Shown here: in pieces, positions 58,569 to 64,000 of the stretch
How positions within the stretch are numbered: the first letter of the stretch is position 1
How the letters are laid out: every line of letters begins with the position of its first letter
NCBI GenBank assembly: GCA_964544275.1
Contig: CAZIZX010000004.1
Coordinates: 20,251-84,250, forward strand
From: an uncultured Gammaproteobacteria bacterium
GTDB lineage: Bacteria; Patescibacteriota; Microgenomatia; UBA12405
Length of the DNA stretch: 64,000 nucleotides
Direction: 5' to 3'
Notes under the pieces: generated by a model
The model's input: only the letters and a program-made list of their open reading frames with translations
Databases searched by the model: none
Told to the model about the DNA's origin: nothing
Position numbers and translations under genes: made by a program

Positions 58569-60877
58569 AATCCAACCAACCCAACATACTTTGGTTCAAT
58601 CAAATTAGTCGTGAAGATATCGACCTTGCCGGCGGCAAAGGGGCTAACCTGGGTGAAATGTATAGCCTAAATATTCCAGTTCCCAACGGCTTTGTTGTCA
58701 CTTCCGCTGCCTACTTTCGCTTCATCGAAGAAAACGAACTCAATCAAAAAATAAAAGACATCCTGACCGCCACCGATATTGACGATCCCAACCAATTACT
58801 TGATGCCTCCAAAAAATGCAAAGCCATAATAAAAAGAGGAGTAATCAACGAAAACCTGGCTATAGAAATCATGAAAGCCTACAAAAAACTTTCCGGCTTC
58901 GGTGGACTAAAAAATATTCCGGTAGCCGTCCGATCTTCCGCTACTGCCGAAGACCTACCCGACGCTTCCTTTGCTGGACAACAGGAAACTTTCTTGAATG
59001 TTATTGGTGAATCAAATGTCTTGAGTCGCGTCCAAGATTGCTGGGCTAGTCTTTTTACCCCCAGGGCTATCTTTTACCGCCAAAAGAAAAAATTTGACCA
59101 TTTCAAAGTTGGAATTGCCGTCCCCATCCAAAAACAAATTCAATCGGAAATCTCCGGTATTATGTTTACAGTTAATCCCGTTACTAACGACAAAACCAAT
59201 ATCATTGTCGAAACCGTTTGGGGGCTAGGAGAATATATCGTCCAAGGCACTATCACCCCGGATCAGCATATTATCAACAAAAACAACTGGACAGTTACTT
59301 CCAAAAGTCAGGTTAAACAAACCGTCCAGCTACTCAAATCATCAGACGAAACCAAAGAAGTAAGTGTCCCCAAAACAAAACAAAATAAGCCCAAAATATC
59401 GGATACCACCGCCGTCAAAATTGCCAAAATTGGACAAAAACTTCATAATCACTACGGCAAACCTCAGGACATCGAATTCGCCATCGACAAAAACCAGATT
59501 TTCATAGTTCAAACCCGACCGATCACTACCATCGAAAGCAATCAAAAAATATTGGAATCCCAACAGAAAATCACCAAAGAACCGGACCTTCTAGGTGAAG
59601 CCGCCAGTCCTGGTATAGCCAGCGGTCCGATAGTCATTATAAAAAGTCCCAAAGAAATCGATCGGGCCAAAAAAGGCCATATTTTGGTTACTTCAATGAC
59701 TACCCCCGATTTTGTTCCGGCTATGAAAAAAGTCAACGGCATTATCACCGACAAAGGCGGTCAAACATCTCACGCTGCTATTGTTAGTCGCGAACTCGGA
59801 GTCCCTTGTGTTGTTGGCACCAAAACAGCCACCTCTTCCCTCAAAGAGGGGGATATTGTCACTCTAAACGGCACCGAAGGTAAAATCTGGCACGGAGACC
59901 AAACACAAGGAAGTCAAATTTTTACACCACCAAGACTCCTTGGCAGCACAGCCCAAAAAACCGCCACCAAAATCATGATTAACTTGGGCGAACCTCAATT
60001 AGCCAAAGATTTGTCTTCCAGAAACGTCGATGGTATCGGCCTTCTTCGAGCGGAATTTATGATCGCCAACATCGGCATCCACCCCAAAAGAATGATTGCT
60101 GAAAATAAACAAAAGCAATACATAAACCAACTTACCAAAGGCTTGCTTCAATTTTGTCAAAATTTTACCCCTCGTCCGGTTATTTATCGAGCCACCGATT
60201 TCAAAACCAATGAATACCGTTATCTTAAATGGGGCAAATTATACGAACCGGAAGAGCCCAATCCTTTACTCGGCTTTCGGGGAGCAGTCCGCTACATCAA
60301 TTCTCCTGATGTTTTTGAAATGGAACTCGAAGCTATCAAACAAGTCAGAAACAAATATAATCTCAAAAATCTCTGGTTGATGATTCCTTTTGTGCGCACA
60401 CCCCAGGAACTTGAAAATGTCAAAAAGATAATTGCTTCAGCCGGCCTTCTTCGTTCTCCCTCTTTCAAGCTTTATATGATGGTCGAAATTCCCAGTAATG
60501 TGGTACTTCTGGACAAGTTTATCGATGTTGGCATAGATGGTATCTCTATCGGCAGCAACGACCTGACCATGTTAACCCTGGGTCTGGATCGAGACAATAG
60601 TGAAGTTGCCAAAGACTTTAATGAGATGGACTCGTCCGTCCTCTGGATGCTCAAAAAAACTATTACTACCGCCCAAAAACGAGGTATTAGTAGCTCCATC
60701 TGCGGCCAGGCACCCAGCAATTATCCCGAACTAGTCGAGAAACTTGTCAAATGGGGAGTTAGTAGCATTTCAGTTAGTCCCGACGCCATCGATCGAACCC
60801 GGGAAATTGTCGCTTGGGCCGAAAATAAACGATTAGATAATAAAGTTAGCAAAAAACCACAACCAGTTCACCCTTAA
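58556..60877 (+). CDS. ppsA: Phosphoenolpyruvate synthase
   Basis: GGKGANLGE, VRSSATAED, GGQTSHAAIVSRELG, GLLRAEF and SIGSNDL motifs. Confidence 0.95.
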   Translation: MATIKSNQPNILWFNQISREDIDLAGGKGANLGEMYSLNIPVPNGFVVTSAAYFRFIEENELNQKIKDILTATDIDDPNQLLDASKKCKAIIKRGVINENLAIEIMKAYKKLSGFGGLKNIPVAVRSSATAEDLPDASFAGQQETFLNVIGESNVLSRVQDCWASLFTPRAIFYRQKKKFDHFKVGIAVPIQKQIQSEISGIMFTVNPVTNDKTNIIVETVWGLGEYIVQGTITPDQHIINKNNWTVTSKSQVKQTVQLLKSSDETKEVSVPKTKQNKPKISDTTAVKIAKIGQKLHNHYGKPQDIEFAIDKNQIFIVQTRPITTIESNQKILESQQKITKEPDLLGEAASPGIASGPIVIIKSPKEIDRAKKGHILVTSMTTPDFVPAMKKVNGIITDKGGQTSHAAIVSRELGVPCVVGTKTATSSLKEGDIVTLNGTEGKIWHGDQTQGSQIFTPPRLLGSTAQKTATKIMINLGEPQLAKDLSSRNVDGIGLLRAEFMIANIGIHPKRMIAENKQKQYINQLTKGLLQFCQNFTPRPVIYRATDFKTNEYRYLKWGKLYEPEEPNPLLGFRGAVRYINSPDVFEMELEAIKQVRNKYNLKNLWLMIPFVRTPQELENVKKIIASAGLLRSPSFKLYMMVEIPSNVVLLDKFIDVGIDGISIGSNDLTMLTLGLDRDNSEVAKDFNEMDSSVLWMLKKTITTAQKRGISSSICGQAPSNYPELVEKLVKWGVSSISVSPDAIDRTREIVAWAENKRLDNKVSKKPQPVHP

Positions 60878-61511
60878 GCTTTCTTTTCTTTAGAAAAAGA
60901 CTTAACTCCAAAGCACTTCCGGAAATAATTTCTTCATACATCTTTGTCATTTCCCGACAAATTACCACTTTTGTCTCCTCACCATAAACAGTTCTTATCT
61001 CATCAATTAATTTCCCAACCCGGAAAGGGGATTCATATACAATTTTACTTCCACTAACCTTAAAAAATTCTTCCAGCACCTTCATCCTGTCATTGTTCTT
61101 TTTCGGCAAAAAACCCAAAAACGAAAACCTCCCTCCCGGCAACCCCGACAATACCAAGGCATTGACTACCGCACTCGGACCGGGCACAGCCGTCATGTTC
61201 AATCCCAACTCCCGACATCTCTTAACCAATCTGTAGCCGGGATCCGAAATAGTTGGGGTACCAGCATCAGAAACCAAAGCAACATCTACCCCATTTTCCA
61301 ACAAACCAATAACTTCCGGCATTTTTTGCTCCTCAATCTCATCATAAAAGGAGATCAGTTTTGCCCTGCTTTCGATATTTAAATTTTTAAGCATCAAAGC
61401 TGTTACTCGAGTATCTTCACAAAGCAAATAATCTGTCCCTTCCAGAACTTCTCTGGCTCTCACCGACAAATCCTTCAAGTTTCCAATTGGAGTAGCCACA
61501 ATGTAAAGCAT
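60846..61511 (-). CDS. rsmI: 16S rRNA C1402 2'-O-methyltransferase
   Basis: LYIVATPIGNL, EDTR, SDAGTP.ISDPG and REMTK motifs. Confidence 0.93.
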   Translation of the reverse strand: MLYIVATPIGNLKDLSVRAREVLEGTDYLLCEDTRVTALMLKNLNIESRAKLISFYDEIEEQKMPEVIGLLENGVDVALVSDAGTPTISDPGYRLVKRCRELGLNMTAVPGPSAVVNALVLSGLPGGRFSFLGFLPKKNNDRMKVLEEFFKVSGSKIVYESPFRVGKLIDEIRTVYGEETKVVICREMTKMYEEIISGSALELSLFLKKRKLKGELVVVFC

Positions 61512-62125
61512 TATTCAAAATGTCGAATAATTGCTACCACTTTTCCTCGAATCTCCACATCTGTCACAAATATTGGTGTCATCGTCGAATTAGCCGGCTG
61601 TAAACGAACCCTATTGGCTTCTTTGTAGTAACGCTTTAAAGTGGCAAAACCGTTTCTTAAAACAGCTACTACAATATCCCCATTATTAGCTATTTTCTGT
61701 TCTTTAATAACTACGTAATCTCCGTTCAAAATCCCATCATCTATCATCGAGTCTCCCTTTGCTTGAAGCACATAAGAATGATCTCCCGGTTTCACCATCT
61801 TCGAATTAACCGGCAAGGTCGCCTCCGGATCCGTATATGGCTCAATCGGCTCACCACAGGCTATAAAACCCAACACCGGCAGTTCAATAAATGCCTCGCT
61901 CGTCTGTTCCTGGCCGACTACTTCAATACCCCTGATAGCTCCACGGTACCTTCTAATCAATCCTTTCTTTTCCAATACCGCCAAATGTTCATGTACTGTC
62001 GCCAAAGATGATAGTCCTAAGTAATTAGCAATCTCCGTTAACGTCGGAGCGCAACCGCTTTTATCAATATTTTTAGCGATATAATCCAAAATTTGTTTTT
62101 GCCTTTTATATAATACAGTTGCCAT
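61511..62125 (-). CDS. lexA: LexA repressor
   Basis: wHTH (PTLTEIA), ACG cleavage site, GDSM Ser and TLKR Lys. Confidence 0.92.
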   Translation of the reverse strand: MATVLYKRQKQILDYIAKNIDKSGCAPTLTEIANYLGLSSLATVHEHLAVLEKKGLIRRYRGAIRGIEVVGQEQTSEAFIELPVLGFIACGEPIEPYTDPEATLPVNSKMVKPGDHSYVLQAKGDSMIDDGILNGDYVVIKEQKIANNGDIVVAVLRNGFATLKRYYKEANRVRLQPANSTMTPIFVTDVEIRGKVVAIIRHFE

Positions 62126-62138
62126 ATCCAAATATTAC

Positions 62139-62154
62139 ACGAAGATTACCCGAA
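62139..62154 (-). promoter_or_regulatory. Putative LexA operator TTCGG-N6-TTCGT within the lexA promoter
   Basis: The minus strand reads TTGACTTCGGGTAATCTTCGTGTAATAT, a direct repeat between -35-like and -10-like boxes. Confidence 0.6.
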
Positions 62155-62192
62155 GTCAACTAAGCAATTTTCTGTTATATTTAAATAACACC

Positions 62193-63971
62193 ATGATCAG
62201 CCTCTTTCTTATATTAATTTTATTCAAAATTTTCACCTCTCCCGCATTTTCCGCCAACGAGTTCAATCTCAAACAAACCATTACTTACACCATCAATCGC
62301 TCTGGCAGCGCCACCATCAATCAAGAGAACAAACTGATCAATAATTTCTCCCAAATTTATGCTCAGGAATACGTAATCCAACTTTCCGGAACCGATATTC
62401 AAAATATTATTGGTACGGATAGTGGCGGCAGTATCGTCAAATCGGTCCAAAAAGACGGAGATCAAACTATCATTTATCTAAAGTTTAACCATCCGGCTAT
62501 CGGCAAAGACAACTACACCTCATTTGAACTTAACTATCAAGTGCCTCAATTTGCTGTCAACAAAGGAAAAATCTGGGAAATCTCCCTGCCGGAATTTAGA
62601 AATCAACAGGAATCAGATACAATTTCAACTAATCTGATAATTCCCACTTCATTTGGAAAAATTTCTTTTTCTTCAATTCCCCTAGGTTCGGTTAATCAAA
62701 TGAGCAGTAATTACCACATCAATATCAACCAATCAAGCCTAGTAAACCAAAAAATACTACTAATTTTTGGTGATTTTCAGCTTTTTGACTTTGACCTAAC
62801 ATTTTATCTCAACAACGACTCATCGGATTTCATCTCCACTCAAATCGCCATCCCCCCCGACACCGAAAACCAAAGACTCATCTATACCCTGATAGAACCT
62901 CAACCAATTAATGTAACTCAGGACAATGACGGTAATTGGCTGGCCCTCTACTATCTCGACCCCAACCAAATCATTGAAGTTAAAGTTGCCGGCCAAGTCA
63001 AAATATCTCCTCTGAAAACAACTTTTGAAAATATCAATACCAACTCCCTCACCCAAGAACAAGAATACTGGCCAATATCCCACCCTCGCATTCAGGAAAT
63101 TGCTGCTAATCTGTCAACTCCCAAGTCTATTTATGATTATGTCACCCAAACATTAAGCTATGATTATGATCGGATTAACTCAGCTAAAAGAAAAGGGGCC
63201 CTCTTGGCTCTCGAGAATCCTAGTAACTCACTTTGTACCGAGTTTACTGACCTTTTTGTTACCCTAGCCCGTGCCAAAGGTATTCCTTCTCGGGAAATCC
63301 AGGGGTTTGCCTATACCAACAACCCCAAAATCAAACCCACCAACACCAACGCCGATATCCTCCACGCCTGGCCACAATACTTCGATCAGACGTCAAAGCA
63401 GTGGATATCCATTGACCCTACCTGGGGCAAAACCACCAACGGCATTGAATACTTTCATGATCTAGACCTAAATCACTTTACTTTTGTCATCCACGGTGAA
63501 GATAGCAGCTTACCACCCCCCCCGGGTTCCTACAAAGATGATCGTAATATAAAAACAGTCGATGTTCGTTTTGCCCAAAACGAAATTAACCCCCCGGAAA
63601 TCCTACCTTTAAAGCTTACTCCAATCAACATTGGTCTAAACCAAAACCCATCCATCATAATAAAAAATCCAAATTTTACTGCCATATCAAATATTGACAT
63701 CTCTGGAATTGGATTTGAATTCGGCCATCACATCGCCACTCTACCACCCTTAGGATCAATCGAAATAGATATTCCCAAAATACCTTTTTTAAAATCCCTT
63801 CTGCCTCACAATCAAGTTATAAAATTATTAATCTCAACAGACACGGGCCACAACCAAACTGCTGAAGTTAAGTATTTACCTCATTTTTTGAATTTAGCCA
63901 TAATCATACTTGGGATAATATTTACCATAAGCACTGGAGCTATAATATTTTTACTCAAGAAAAGAAAATGA
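62193..63971 (+). CDS. Transglutaminase-like domain membrane protein
   Basis: CTEFTDLF..LARAKGIP.R, HAW and IDPTW triad; N-terminal signal peptide and C-terminal TM. Confidence 0.85.
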   Translation: MISLFLILILFKIFTSPAFSANEFNLKQTITYTINRSGSATINQENKLINNFSQIYAQEYVIQLSGTDIQNIIGTDSGGSIVKSVQKDGDQTIIYLKFNHPAIGKDNYTSFELNYQVPQFAVNKGKIWEISLPEFRNQQESDTISTNLIIPTSFGKISFSSIPLGSVNQMSSNYHININQSSLVNQKILLIFGDFQLFDFDLTFYLNNDSSDFISTQIAIPPDTENQRLIYTLIEPQPINVTQDNDGNWLALYYLDPNQIIEVKVAGQVKISPLKTTFENINTNSLTQEQEYWPISHPRIQEIAANLSTPKSIYDYVTQTLSYDYDRINSAKRKGALLALENPSNSLCTEFTDLFVTLARAKGIPSREIQGFAYTNNPKIKPTNTNADILHAWPQYFDQTSKQWISIDPTWGKTTNGIEYFHDLDLNHFTFVIHGEDSSLPPPPGSYKDDRNIKTVDVRFAQNEINPPEILPLKLTPINIGLNQNPSIIIKNPNFTAISNIDISGIGFEFGHHIATLPPLGSIEIDIPKIPFLKSLLPHNQVIKLLISTDTGHNQTAEVKYLPHFLNLAIIILGIIFTISTGAIIFLLKKRK

Positions 63972-64000
63972 AAAAACTACTCCGCTACTCACTCCTGTTA
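63968..64000 (+). CDS. Start of next gene (3' partial)
   Basis: ATG overlapping the previous stop, reading MKKLLRYSLLL. Confidence 0.45.
   Translation, partial: MKKLLRYSLLL

Noticed and set aside
1-64000. CRISPR array, rRNA, integrase or transposase
   Set aside because: No regularly spaced repeats, rRNA-like sequence or recombinase/transposase motifs were recognised by eye.

Overview
This window looks like chromosome from a Patescibacteria/CPR bacterium, probably Microgenomates-like. That is inferred from the reduced proteins, leaderless-looking starts and CPR-style ndk, holA and lexA. Bases 1-19.9 kb hold a division/cell-wall cluster (ftsL, ftsI, murE, mpl/murC-like, murA, mraY, ftsW, murG, ftsQ-like, ftsA, ftsZ), followed by ileS, rodA, rplU and rpmA. 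The main candidate for an undescribed system lies inside this cluster. It comprises an ATE/Bpt-like aminoacyl-tRNA transferase, a signal-peptide-less NlpC/P60 peptidase, a 55-aa LysW-like zinc-ribbon protein ending in EEK (absent from the ORF track), a short PLP enzyme and an ATP-grasp ligase. No murD, murF, ddl or murB is present in the window, which suggests a non-canonical route to the peptidoglycan stem peptide. Bases 20-34.5 kb are housekeeping, envelope and tRNA genes. A compositionally distinct island of about 10.4 kb ends at the 3' end of tRNA-Asp. It carries nucleotide/adenylate-handling enzymes, a T-box-led serS, a KNTase-like enzyme, a probable decayed CBASS-like locus (CD-NTase C-terminal remnant plus E2/SEC-C protein) and an HNH gene with a putative antisense sRNA. 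A second island at tRNA-Glu carries a CheB-CheR-PAS-kinase whose N-terminal HTH is cut off by two stop codons. Six tRNAs were found. All calls are from motif recognition by eye; no searches were run.
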